In this document: positions 12,911-25,524 of the stretch, piece after piece
How positions within the stretch are numbered: position 1 is the first letter of the stretch
Layout: the number at the start of each line of letters is the position of its first letter
Assembly (NCBI GenBank): GCA_013265495.1
Contig: MU058711.1
Span: 1-41,049 of the forward strand
DNA: 41,049 nucleotides
Direction: 5' to 3'
From: Vicugna vicugna
Taxonomy: Eukaryota
The notes under the pieces: model-generated
What the model was told of the DNA's origin: nothing
The model's database searches: none
Seen by the model: only the letters and a program-made list of their open reading frames with translations
Translations under genes and position numbers: made by a program

Positions 12911-14690
12911 TAAAAGAGAAAATTTCAGAGGCCTTGCTAAAAATACAAACTATACAGAGAAATAACTTTTTCAGTGAGGCAGTAATTTTTCTTTCTAGTC
13001 TCAAAAGTAGTTCTCATATGTTATTAATATTCACCAGGTAAAGGTAGAGTCTGTGAAGTGATAAATTCATAGAGCACATGATCTAGTTTTCTAAGGAGCA
13101 ATTTACCACCCACTAACCACTTTTTAAATTGAAGCTTAAAGAGTAGACAAATAGTATATTTGGATGTTGTGTGGTTGTCATTTTAAGAAAAAGAAAATAT
13201 AGACTTCAATTCATGGCTTCCCTCCTCTACTTTCTGCCACTTGATAGCATACTGACTCTTTAATTTATAACTTTGCAGGGTGCTGATAACACTGTAATGA
13301 TTTGCTTATTGCTTTCCTTAGAGTTTACGTATTCTTGATGAAACTGTTACTTCCAGAGAGTTCCTTTGATGCTTCCTAATCATGATAGTTTAATTAAGAA
13401 TGAATGCCACATCAACCTAGAGGGTATGATGCAAGGGTTTTTGTATTTGTTCATGAGCACGATGAATTTTATCAACACCATCTGTTAGTATTCATAAAGT
13501 CAATTAATTGCCTGATGCTGGGCTAAACAGTACTATATAAAAAATGAATACAAATTCCTATGCTCTAAGTCTGGAATGAAAATACCTGGCATACATGCCT
13601 TTTCTGTACTTCCTCCTTTAATAGACATTTCCATGACATTTATTCACACTGAGCTTTAACATGGTCTCAGAGTCCTTCTTAACTTGGTGTTCTCAACACT
13701 CCTTACAAATTAAGAGTGGTTGACAGACAAGGAGAAATGGATTTGCTATTCCTAGATTAAACATTCTAAAATTCATAATGATATTCTATATTCAGAATGG
13801 CCTTTTGGTATACATAACCTAGGGCAAACTAATAAGTGTATGTGAAAGTTACACATAAATTATAGTGTCATAAATGCACCTAAACCTGGATTCACACAAA
13901 ATCAAACCATTGATGATGGAAGAATTAGCATATTAAGATTTAAGGAGTCAATCATAGAAAATTTAAGTTTATATTAGCATGAATTTTAGATTAATTAGAG
14001 AAAAATTTAAAGGATGTTATATTTTCTTGTTGACTGAGTATATTTATAACCAAAAGTAAAGATAACAGTATTCATATGAGGTTTCAGGGAAAGCACTGAT
14101 CAGTGAAGGGATACGATGTTGTAAAGTGTCGATGGAGTTTACTTTTATGTGGCAGGTGAGATCCTTTTGAGCAACGCTTGGATGTTAGTGACGTAGATGC
14201 CATACACTCAATTGGTGCCATGTGACCTAAACCAAAATTTTCACAGTGCAGCTAAGCAAAAGGGCTAATGAAGAAACTGTTGCTTCTGACAAAGCAAAAG
14301 AAGTTGAAGTTAGCGAGATTAACAATGAGAGTGAAAAGGGTTTTCCAAGTTTTATTCTTGGGAATAAGACTGCCTTATACTGCAACGTGGTATATAAGAG
14401 AAAATAGCTGATAGAAAAAAAGCTGCAACTTGTTTTGTCAAGACAAAATTTTATTCTCCTGCTAGAAACCTGGATCAACAATCTGGATAAAAATGTGTGA
14501 TACCAAAACATGGAATTAGGATGAACAATTAAGGACTATAGTTGGAGAAGGGGAAAGAGGAGGAAAGGTTTAGCCAGTTGTTTTCTGTATGCAAATCATA
14601 CCAAAAGCCCTCCAAAGAAATGGCAACGTCTAATCAGAGGCTGTAAGTAAAACAAATCAACCTAGTAGAGTGTGTAACAAAAAAGTAATA

Positions 14691-14917
14691 TAGTCATCCC
14701 TCTGTATCTATGGTGTATGTGTTCCAGAACCCACTGGGAATGCCAAAATCCGTGTTTACTCAGGTCAAATAGTCAGCCTTCTGTATCTACAGATTAGGCA
14801 TCTGTGGATTCAACTACCTGAGGATCTTAAATATAGTAGTAAGTATATGTACTGAAAAAAAATCTGTGTTTAACTTCACCTGGGCAGTTCAAACTCGTAT
14901 TGTTCAAGTGTCAAGTG
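14691..14917. mobile_element. TcMar-Tigger MITE (MER8/Tigger2-like)
   Basis: Flanked by TA; begins TAGTCATCCCTCTGTATC...GTTCCAGAACCC...CCAAAATCC and ends CAGTTCAAACTCGTATTGTTCAAGTGTCAAGTG, like Tigger2-family termini. Confidence 0.75.
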
Positions 14918-15624
14918 TACCTGTAAAGGACACAGTGTTGGGGCTGGTGTAAGGAGGCTAGTAAAGTGTGTTCATTGTGTTTCTATGTTCTCATGCTTAG
15001 TACTCTGGAAACCATCTCAAAAAGGCATTAGAAAACAAAAAATATAATTGATTCTTTGTATATGTCCTGATTACACACTTATACATATATAAATGCTGAG
15101 GAATGATATTCAGAAATATACTACATTTATAATGCATCTGGTTATTGATAAAACCCAAGTAAAAAGTAATTAAAAAGGAAGAAAACTGGAAAATATTTTA
15201 TTGAATTAAAACCCAAAACACATAAGTAACTCAGTGCTATGCTTCTGTTCATTCCCATGTAGTGCTTAAACTTAATAATCTGAGAATTGAAAAATGAAAC
15301 TATTTGTTTTTGCAAAATTTCCTGTACTCTATCTTAACAAAGTTGTTTTTCTGTTTGTTGTAACATTACTTTTTAAATATTTTTCTTTTGAAGCTTAATC
15401 TGTAGTTCCTTTTTAAAAAAATGCCTGATAAAACCTAATAAATTGCCATCTGTTTTTCCTTAAATCCACTCCCAAAGAAGAGACTGTTTTAATGTAACTC
15501 ACTGAATCATAGAAAGATTAGTATTAGTAATAAACTGTTCTATGCCAAATGACAAAAAATTCTCAAATGCACAGTTCAGTATCAAAATGTCATGTCAGGC
15601 CTTGCATTAAGAAATCTTTCTGAG

Positions 15625-16496
15625 ATTTCTCCAGTCAAGATGGCAGAGTAGTAGGCCCACGAGCTCACCTTTCCCCGTGACTACAACAAAATCACAACTG
15701 ACTGCTAAACAACTATTGAAAAACAAAAGACTGGAACCTAGCAAAAAACATCATCTTCAACTGAAAACATAAAGAAGGAACCACAATGGGACTGTAGAAG
15801 GGGTGTACTCTCTATATAATTGGACCCATCCCCCCTAGGGTAGACAACCCATAAGCTGAAGAATAATTAAGTCACAGAGGCCCTACCAGAGGAGTGAGAG
15901 TTTTAAGCCCCACGTCAGGCTCCCCAGCCCAGGGTTCTGACATTAGGTGGAGGAGGAAACCCCAGGACATCTAGGGTTGAAGGCCAGTGGGGCTTAACTC
16001 CAGGAGCCCCATAGGACTGAGGGAAACAGAAACTTCACTCTCTTGGGAATGTACACAAAGTCTTGCATGCACCAGGTCCAAGGGCAGAGGCAGTGATTTC
16101 ATAGGAACCTTGGCCAGATCTGCCTGCTAGTTTTGGAGGGTCTCCTGGGGAGGTAGGGCACTGCTGGAGTGTTCATCTACATGAGCTTTCCTGGAGGCTG
16201 ATATCCTGACTGTATCATTAGCACCAAGACCTAGCCCCACCCAGCAGCCTGTAGGCTGAAGAGCTAGGAAGCCTCAGGCCGAACAACATATTGGGTGAGA
16301 ATATAGCCCTGCCCATCAGCAGACTTCCTGAGCTACAAATGCCTCTAGACATGGCCCTATCCACCAGAGGTCCAGGACCAAGCTTCACCCAGCAGTGGGC
16401 AGGCACCGACTCTTCCTGCCAGGAAACCTGCATAAGCCTATAGTGCAGCCTAATCCACCAGGGGACAGACACCAGAAATATGTGCGAAAAAAAAAA
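15625..16496 (+). mobile_element. LINE-1 5'UTR-only fragment ending in an A-run
   Basis: Begins CAAGATGGCAGAGTAG...GAGCTCACC...CAAAATCACAACTGACTGCTAAACAAC (laurasiatherian L1 5' end with YY1 motif), GC-richer ~870 bp, stops at GGGGACAGACACCAGAAA followed by A10, before any ORF1. Confidence 0.8.
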
Positions 16497-17499
16497 CCCC
16501 AACTTTTTGAGAATTGGGGCTTTTATAGTTTGATTTAGTTGATTTCCAAAGATGTTATTTTAAATATTATCTTAGGAAATCTTTTACCACAGACTTTGAG
16601 TTTTTCTACTACACTTACATTACTATCTGGGCAACATTATTTGGGCTAAAATCTTTCATTAGTCCTGTCATTTCACATAAAGGAATTTGGTCTCTTTATG
16701 TGAACTGCTACACTTGATAGTAATAAGGAAAAGATTTTCTGATTGCCTTTTAATAAACAAGCAAGATAAGCATAAGTCATTTGATAATAGGTTTATTTTA
16801 ACACCTCAAAGACTGGCAGCAAAATCCTAGTGATACCAGGCCACAAGGAAAAATTTCTAAGTGTCTCAGGTGACTTGCTGTATCTTCATCTCTTCCAGGC
16901 TGTTCCATCAACAGTCAGGCCAGCACTCAGTCACCTTCTCATGTACCCTAACCTTGTTCTGAAAAGTCTCTTTGTGTGATAAAAGAAAATGAAAACATCC
17001 TGATTAAATTGGTTTAGTAATGTCCAGCATGATGGACCAAAGGATGCACAGTTTGTCTGTAAGGGATTAAGATCTGTGAGATGATTGGCCTTCCCACCAT
17101 GTATTACTTGAATGTGTTGTTTCTTATGTCAGAAATTGAATTTTTTTTGTCTATCTCAGGAGATTGTGAATGTTAGAGAGACTGGAATAAATGAGATAAT
17201 ATTTAAAAAATATTTAATGCCTCACACATAGAAGGTACTCAGAAGTTGCAAATTGTTCCCAAATACATGAAAAAGTAATTTAAAAATAATATAAAAGTAA
17301 AATATATCACGTGTTATATGTGTGTTTAGAATATTTTAAAATATCTCTTGACAGTTAAACATGTGCCTATAGCTCTGAAATATTTTCTTTAAAACAAGAG
17401 AGCAAAAAACTCTGGAAAGGGTGGATTCTGAACTAATAAAAATTTTGGTTTGCTTTGCATCTGTGCCACTGAGAAGACATAGAACCTTTATGGAGATAT

Positions 17500-17640
17500 T
17501 TATTGTTTCATATCTCAGTTTTCTCATCTATATAATAGGGGAGTCCTTAGTACTCTATAGTTATTATAATGAGTATTATATTAGTTAATGTATGTAAAAT
17601 GCCGTATCTGTAATATTTAACAATAAGTTGATTATTTATT
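17500..17640 (+). mobile_element. MIR SINE 3' half
   Basis: TCTCAGTTTTCTCATCTATATAATAGGG...GTTAATGTATGTAAAATGCC resembles the MIR core and tail. Confidence 0.6.
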
Positions 17641-20600
17641 GTCATCAACAAAACAGGCATTTGAAAACTGATAGTACCAGATAATTGACATATTTAGGTT
17701 CTAGGTCCATACAGGCAGAGGAATTAATTTTTCTCAGAGTTGTAGTGGTTAAGGGGAACTTTAAACTCCATATTAGCCTAACAAAATAGGTTGGGATCAG
17801 GAAGTAATACACATCATTAGTGAAAATATGTTTCCCGTGGGTAACAGCATTTCTGAGTCATTCATTTCTAGCAGTTCTTTCATGTGAAATATACTTAATA
17901 ATTAAACTGGTATCTGTTAAGAAGTCATTACACAGATGTCATACAAATAAGTACCATGATGGATGAAACAGACCTATGTCTCTTGAAACTCATAGTCTGT
18001 TGAATATGGGCCCTTTTTGGGGGGTGATGATCCATTTTTTGACCTGGGTTATTGCTCAAATATGTGTACTCTAGTTCCATGCATAATGTGGAGTTCTCAT
18101 ATAAAAGATAGGTGCTGGCCTTCTGTGTGTTTCTGATATTTAGAGAAGAAAATCAGTGCTTTCTACTTTTACCATATAATTGCTACTGCAACTAACAGGT
18201 CATGCCTTTAATGTTGAATTCACACATTATTTTCCCCATTTGGTATTTCTGAATTATATCTTCCTCCATTCAGGAAGCTATTTACTTTTTTTCACTTTTC
18301 CATCCTGTATATAATAACTCAAACATTTTTGTTGCCTTACTCTATGGTCCAACAAAAATTCCTTCACCTGTCATTCTTAGTTTAAATTAATCCATTTTAA
18401 TTGACAATAGTGGGGAGTTGTCAACATAATTTTTCATTGGTAATAGAAATAGTAACTATTTTAGTTAGAATTAGAATGACCTATAAAATAATACTTTGAA
18501 GAAAAATGCTCTAGATTTAGTATCTAAGTCCACGTTCTACTAAGTATCATAGGGGGAGAAATGGCGATATTAGAATATCAGCATTTCTAACTTTCACAAT
18601 CTTATCCCTATGATTAGCATGAATATTTTATTACCAGTAGTATATAGTCATGGTTTTATAAGAACATTTCCTTTTCTACAGCTAAAAGCACAAGATTGGT
18701 ACTTGGCCACTTATAATTGTTATGTATAATAATGTACACTACTATTTTAAGTCTTAAATTAGCTACTTGCCTGACAGATAACAAAGAGTATCGATTGCAT
18801 TTACCATACTCAATTCTGTACTCTCTGAAAAAGGATGAGAAGTAAACTTGAGAGCAGACACGCAGCCCAAGTGTATGGAACATAAGTGCACCATTAGACC
18901 AAGGAAGATGTAGGACAGCTTTCAGGGAGCTTAGGGAAGAGCTTGTAACTCTTCAAAGAGGAAGGAGGAAAAAGTAGTTACAAGTCAGGTACATAAGGCC
19001 TAGACAAATCCATGACCAGATGGAAACATTCTTGAATTCTACTGCTGCTGTGTTTGCAAGCACCTCATTTGAAGACCAGAATTGTTCCCCAGCTTATATG
19101 TTATCATGCCATTTACAAAATCAGAGTACGGATCTTTAGAGGAGGACCACTCTAAAGCAATAGGATATGATAATTACAGAAGAAAAATAGGTGGGGAAAG
19201 TCTGATTGTTCCAATCTTAAAAGTTATGAAGCTATGTGTAAAACTTGTAAAAAGTGAGGAAGCACAGGGATGCTGAAGAGAACAGACTTCGGAGGGAACA
19301 TAAAGGAGGCTGCCTAGATTTTGAGAAAGCAGTCTCCGAGCATGAGATTGTGCTGTTGGCACAGCAATCACACAAGTGACTGAAAATTGTTAAAGTTTTT
19401 TATGGCCAATGACTTACACAGGAGGCACAAATCTCTGTTAATTGTATAATAAGCGCATTGCTAAAAGCCTCCTATGAATTAAGCAGGGGAGACCAGTTAA
19501 AGGGGTAATGGTTTACTCTTTACCTGTTAAGTGACTATCACCAAGTTTGGCAGCCAAACATGAAAATAAAGATCAAAAGAAAGTGGACTTTTTAATCATG
19601 GATGGCTTTCAAACTCCATAAAACTCTATGCCTCTTTAGCGTCATGGAAAATTTTACATATTACTGCACTTAGGATTTTCATGGTTAGCACACAGTTTAA
19701 ATGAGATACAGTGGAAAAGTGACAGCAGGGAAAGTATGAACGGCACATGCTTATCAATGCCCTGAGTCATCATTGTGGCAAGAAAATGACCGAGCTGATT
19801 GCTACACATCCTGTGTTGTTTTTGTTTTTGTGTTTGTTTTTGTTTTAAGGGGCAAGAAGAGAGATCCTGTATGCACAATGGAAAATAATGAATGGCAACT
19901 CAGGTGTTATACTGGGCAGTATTGGAAAGGAAGTGTTATACATATAAATTTGGTCAGCTCCTTGGGTGTCCGATGATTTGAGGCCCACTTAAAAGGATGC
20001 CTGCTCTCTAACCAAAAATACATCTCTCACTTATTGAGGTGTCTAAAATTAACACCATCCTTCATCAGTTTGGATTTGTAGATGGAAAGGAAGACCCTAG
20101 CTCTACTGAGGAATGAGATAAAGAACCCTGAACAGCATGAAGGTGCTTTGTATTCAAAAGAAGACACAGAAAGGGCCGCAGAGAGGAAGTGGAAGGGCCT
20201 CAGAAATAGTTCTTCCGAATACTGTCCAAGAATTTGGTCCAAATGGAATGAGTGATGCTTTCTATCCTTTTACCTTACTCACTGAATTGGCCATTTTGGC
20301 CTCAGTTATTCTTGCTGCTTACCAAGTTGTGTTTTGTGTATTTCTTATGAAGTCTTTGTTTCTTTTTGAAAAGTAATTTTGCCATTTGTCGCCTTTCCTG
20401 ATCGATTCCTTTCCAGTCACCGTTAATGACTATTGATTGTGACAACTTTCAGCTTCAGATGGAGTAACTGCCTTAATATAGAGAGATTTTTTTATATCCA
20501 ATCCAAATATAATTTTACCTAAATCTCTCGAATATGTTTCAGATACAGCGTTTATAGGAACTATATGCATACACTATAGAAACGTTTGTATATATCTTAA

Positions 20601-20759
20601 GACACTTGCTCTGTCTAGACAGTTACCCTTATCTAGATGAGGAATTATCTATATGATTATTGGAAAATTACTATGGGCTTGTATAAGTACTGAAGAAATT
20701 TAGGAAAGCCTATAGATTTCACATCTAGAGAATCTGTTCATTTATCATAATTCTCAGGT

Positions 20760-20797
20760 GTCTCGTTGTGCAGTAGGTAGCACCTCAGTCTCATAAT
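20760..20797 (+). pseudogene. Tailless tRNA-Met(CAT) 5'-half retropseudogene
   Basis: GTCTCGTTGTGCAGTAGGTAGCACCTCAGTCTCATAAT aligns to the 5' 39 nt of elongator tRNA-Met as recalled (GCCTCGTTAGCGCAGTAGGTAGCGCGTCAGTCTCATAAT) with 4 mismatches and 1 gap; anticodon CAT at 20792-20794; 13-bp direct repeat TCATAATTCTCAG at 20745-20757 and 20791-20803. Confidence 0.85.
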
Positions 20798-21189
20798 TCT
20801 CAGATAGTTTAACTTTTCAGTGAATAGAACTTTTCTTAGAGTTATAAGGGTTAGAGGTCATGGAATTCTAAACATCTATTCAATGCAAAAGTCTCTGACA
20901 GTTAATAATGCAGATTTTGCATGTCATTTCCAGAGATGAGGAACTCACTACTTTGTAAGCATAACATTCCATGCCTAATTGAGGATGAGTTTGAATCCTT
21001 CCTTTCCGTTATCCTTCTACTCCTCCAATTCAGTTTATCTCAGAGTCCTATAGAGTAAGTCCTCAATATTTTCTCTCATCTCCATCCCCTTCATTACTCC
21101 CCTTTATATGTCCTCATCACTTCCAATTGCATTACTGAAATAGCCCAGTCTTCCCAGAGAGTTCTCCTCACCCCTTGCAACCATTAATT

Positions 21190-22141
21190 CATTAATTCAC
21201 TTTTTTTTCTGATCTTATTACCTTTAATGACTTTTTATTGAAGCATAATTGATTTGCAATATTGTGCTAGTTTCTGGTGTACAGCATAGTGATTCAGTGT
21301 TATATTATACATATATATATATTCTTTTTCAGATTCTTTTCCATGATAGTTTATTATAAGATGTTGAATATAGTTCCTTGTGCTATACAGTAGGTTCTTG
21401 TTGTTTATCTGTTTTGTATATAGTAGTTTGTGTCTGCTAATCCCAAACTCCTAATTTTTTCCTTCCCAACCTTTCCCCTTTGGTAACCATATGCTTGTTT
21501 TTTATGTCTAAGAGTCTCTGTTTTGTAAATAAGTTTATTTGTACCATTTTTTAAATTCCACATATAAGTGATATATGATATTTGTCCTTCTCTGTCTGAC
21601 ATTCTTCACTTAGTATGATGATCTATAGGTCCATCCAGGTTACTACAAATGGCATTATTTCATTCTTTTTTATGGCTGAATTATATATATATATATACAC
21701 ACACCCCAACTTCTTTATCCAATCATCTGTCAGTGGACGTTTAGGTTCCTTCCATGTCTGAGCTATTGTAAGTAGTGCTGCTATGAACATTGGGACGCAT
21801 GTGTCTTTTTGAATTAGAGTTTTTTCTGTATATGTGCCTAGGAGCAGTATTGCTGGATCATATGGTAAGCGTATTTTTAGTTTTTTATGAGATCTCTATA
21901 CTGTTTTCCATAGTGGCTGCACCAAATTACATTCCTACCAACAATACAGGAGGGCTCCCTTTTCTCCACACCGTCTCCAGCATTAATTGTTGGACATTTT
22001 AAAGATGGTGTGTGACGATACCTCATTGTAGTGTTGATTTGCTTTACATTTCTCTAATAATTAGCAATGTTGAGCATCTTTTCATGTGCCTATTGGCCAC
22101 TTGTATATCTTCTTTGGAGAACTGTCTATTTAGGTCTTCTG
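21190..22141 (-). mobile_element. 5'-truncated younger LINE-1 (3' ~950 bp) with target-site duplication
   Basis: 3'UTR signature TTTTTATTGAAGCATAATTGATTTGCAATATTGTGCTAGTTTCTGGTGTACAGCATAGTGATTCAG; ORF2 C-terminal DNA; perfect 13-bp TSD GCAACCATTAATT at 21177-21189 and 22142-22154. Confidence 0.93.
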
Positions 22142-24337
22142 GCAACCATTAATTTATAATGCTATCAGAGTAGTTTTTAAAACTGGACATCTGCTTCTGT
22201 CACCTGCTGCTTTAAACCAGACTTCTTGACATAAAGGATAGTGAGAATGTATATAACAGAAAGAGATGGCAAAGCATATACAAGAGAAGCATCAGCATGA
22301 TGGGAGGAAAGAAAGACACTTTATACTTACGAAAATGAGAGAAGTAAAAACATTACAATATTTAGTTAGAATAGGACTACCTCAAAAAACAGTAAAAGGA
22401 ATATGGAAGGCCACAAATGCATGCTATAATATCAGCAGAATCCTGGTAGCTCAAAGAGAATTTCACATGACCAAACCAAAATGATGACATTTTCATCCTT
22501 TTTGGTAGATATTTAGTGTGGAAGTGTTCTTGTTGTCCTAGAAACAAGGCACTACTACTTGGGAAAGTTAATTTTTGCTGTGATAAATTCTTTGATGGTG
22601 GAGTGGCTTCATACAATTTGTGCTGAAACAACAAATTTACCAAGCATAAAAAATTAAATTAAAAAAGTAGATGAATAAAATAAGAACTGACTTGAAAATG
22701 GCCAAACACACTTTACTCAATGCAGGGATTGTGTGATGGTAGCAGAGCATTAGAAAAAGGCTAGAATTTGGAACCGAGAAAGCCAGAGTGCAGGGGAGGG
22801 GAGTCTTGACAAGGCAAGGGACTTAGCCATCAGGACATTTTTTTTTTTAAGAAATAGGCATCCTTAAAGTTCAAGATGAGCCCATGAGGTCAGAAACTAA
22901 GCAACAAGCAAGCAGAAGTGAGTATGAATAGATGTGAGAAGGAAGTCTAATCATTGGGTCAGAAACTGAGGAGGCGAGCAGAAGATGTAGGGGACACAGT
23001 TACTGGAGTTCAGAGAGCTAGGGACAAAGAGTGGTTACTAGTATGGTAACTGGCAAAGAGTGAGAACCTGGGGGCCATAGATTTCAGAAGAGAAAGGTAA
23101 AGCAGATAGTCAGAACTTGCCTGGTGGTCTGGAACCAGAAAATTCCTAACAACTGGGTGAGTAGAGTAAGTATAACACTTTGATTATGTGAAAAACTGTC
23201 TCCAGAAGTCTCTCCATCATTACTATAAAGACATTTCTTAAAGAAATCAGTATTTCTAGGTCTCATAGTGTAGAAATAGGAAGATGCACCTGAGCAGACA
23301 CAGCTTACTGTCAGGTTTTCATGGTGATAATCATTCAATAATTTTATCTACGATATTTCAAAGTTGGTGTACCCTCCCTGTCTCTGCTACAAAGTGACTC
23401 CTTATCTGTCATCTCAGCCCTATCACTAGAAAATCATCTAAACTATTTCTCATGTAACTATGATTTACGATTGCGTTTTCCCTTTCAATTCACTCACTTG
23501 ATTTTTCGTATTCTGATGACATTTTCATACCTGTTAGGTTATGCCCTCAACTTAACTAAATGAGGTATTTTACTTGAACGACTAGTTTCAACTATGAGCT
23601 AGTGAATCCCCAATACCTATTCCTGAATAACATCTGAAGCAGATTCTGTAACTTTCTGGGAACTTTCGACTATGAAAACTTTGTAAAAAGATTTCCCCTC
23701 CCCCTCACTGTCTCTGTGTACTTTTTCTCCCTTCCTCCCTCCCCTCTCAGAGCTATGACTCTTCCAGTATTAAGGACAGAGAGGATGGAGGAGGGGAAAA
23801 GGGCAAAATCTCTTTTCTTGGCTAGATTCTACTGCAAGCCCCTTTGAAAGTTGATGCCTTCAGCATGGCAGACATCCAAATACTGAATGTCTTGTAGGTA
23901 CATGTGGGAACGTTTGGAAGAGCCCGGCGGGGCCATTGGTCGGAACTGGTACCGATACACCACTAGCTAGAAGGCAGGATTCTGGCTTGACACAGGGTTC
24001 AGTTCTGGCTTCCTGCCTCCCTGAGGTCTAGCCACATCTTCTATCATTAAAACTCCAAGCTTGTAGATTTATAACTTATTTCCTGGTTCACTAATTCCCT
24101 GAGCTGATATCTGCTTACTGCACCCTGGCTGTTCTACTTCTGAGTTCTCTATTTCCACTACTGCAGATTTTTTCTTTGTTTGCACTTAGCTGTATATTAA
24201 TACTGCTTGCTATGTTTTTCCTAGTGTTTACACACCACACATACACATGCATTTGGGGAACGGGGTTGCGTAATGCAGTAGATCTGAAGAAGGGTTCTAA
24301 TATGTGAATTCTGAAAAATGCTCACCGAATGAGTCTG

Positions 24338-24720
24338 TGGTATGGATGGAATTGTATCCTCCCCACCCCAAATTCATATGTTGAAGCTCTAACCCCCAAT
24401 GTAGATATAGGGCATTTGTGGAGGTAATTAAGGGTTAAATAAGATCATAAGGGTGGGACCCTCATCCCACAGGACTGGGGTCATTATAAGAAGAGGAAGA
24501 AACACCAGAGATCCTTTTCCTCCATGCACGCACACAGAGGAAAAGTCATGTGAGGACACAGCAAGAAGGTAGCTGTCTACAAGCCAGGAAGAAAGGACTC
24601 ACCGAAACCAACCTTTAAGGCACCTTGACCTTGGACTTCTAACCTGTGAACTGGATGAATATAAACTTCTGTTCCTTAAGCCATCCAGCCTGTGGCATTT
24701 TATTACAGCAGACTAATACA
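24338..24720 (+). mobile_element. Solo MaLR LTR (MLT1A-like)
   Basis: TG...CA termini (TGGTATGGATGGAATTG...GACTAATACA); CCCCAAATTCATATGTTGAAGCTCTAACCCCCAATGT and GGCACCTTGACCTTGGACTTC motifs; perfect 5-bp TSD GTCTG at 24333-24337 and 24721-24725. Confidence 0.92.
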
Positions 24721-25242
24721 GTCTGATTATCAGTGCCCATGTCCATGCCTACTGAGGAGCTCTGCACCAGACCCCCTTGAACTCTTAACAACTGTAACCA
24801 CAGTGGGAAACCCCAACTCTGAGTCTCCAGAGAATATTGTGTGGACCTATATTGCTATAAAATTGTACTCTAAATTTGCCTGGGCCTTGGATAACATTTT
24901 CTTTGCTCTTGCTCATCCTTCAGTTTCTTTAATCAATCCATTCCATTCCTTACTTAGCCTTACTCTGTTTCGGCTGATGACTATAGGAACTGCTGTTATA
25001 TCAGGAATACTGAGATGACATTTTTGAGCCTATGTCATCCTTCCTCTAAACTTAAACTTTTTTTTTCCTTTTTCTTCTACATCAGAAAAGAGGTGTTTCT
25101 CTTTCTTTTCAAGGTGAATCCCCTCTGTTTTAGATCCTCCCTTCTCCTGACCTCTGCACATGCTGCCCAGCATTTTCAGCTTCCCTCCTTTGACCCCTTC
25201 TTCTCTGCCATCAAAAACGCATAAATCAAAAAATTGACTTTC

Positions 25243-25286
25243 AGTGACTTGGTTTTCTTTTTTTTTTTTTAAAGTGACTTGGTTTT
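25243..25286 (-). mobile_element. Poly(A)-only retrotransposition footprint
   Basis: 14-bp direct repeat AGTGACTTGGTTTT (25243-25256, 25273-25286) flanks C-T13-AA. Confidence 0.7.
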
Positions 25287-25317
25287 TGATGTCTGGTAAA
25301 TTGGCTTTTTTCCAATA

Positions 25318-25524
25318 CGACTGATCCTTGAACAACCCAAGTCTGGGTCCACTTGTATGTGGATTTTTTTCAGTACCATTTTTTCTGTACCATTCTCAGT
25401 TGGTTGACTCCAAGGATTCAGAACCTCTTGTGCAGAGGGAGGGCTGACTGTAAAGTTATAGACAGATTTTCAGCTGCCAGGAGGGTGGCCGCCCCTAAAC
25501 CCTGTGTTGTTCAAGGGTCAACTG
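25318..25524. mobile_element. TcMar-Tigger MITE (Tigger2a-like)
   Basis: TA on both sides; terminal inverted repeats CGACTGATCCTTGAACAAC / GTTGTTCAAGGGTCAACTG; internal GGGTCCACTTGTATGTGGATTTTTTT and GACTGTAAAGTTATA. Confidence 0.85.

Noticed and set aside
14050..14640. Purine-rich unique stretch with a 94-aa minus-strand ORF, considered as a processed pseudogene
   Set aside because: No recognisable protein in the frames I read, and no poly(A) tail or TSD.
22650..24140. Purine-rich, then pyrimidine-rich, segments that might be ancient LTR fragments
   Set aside because: I could not define termini or a family by eye; needs RepeatMasker/Dfam.
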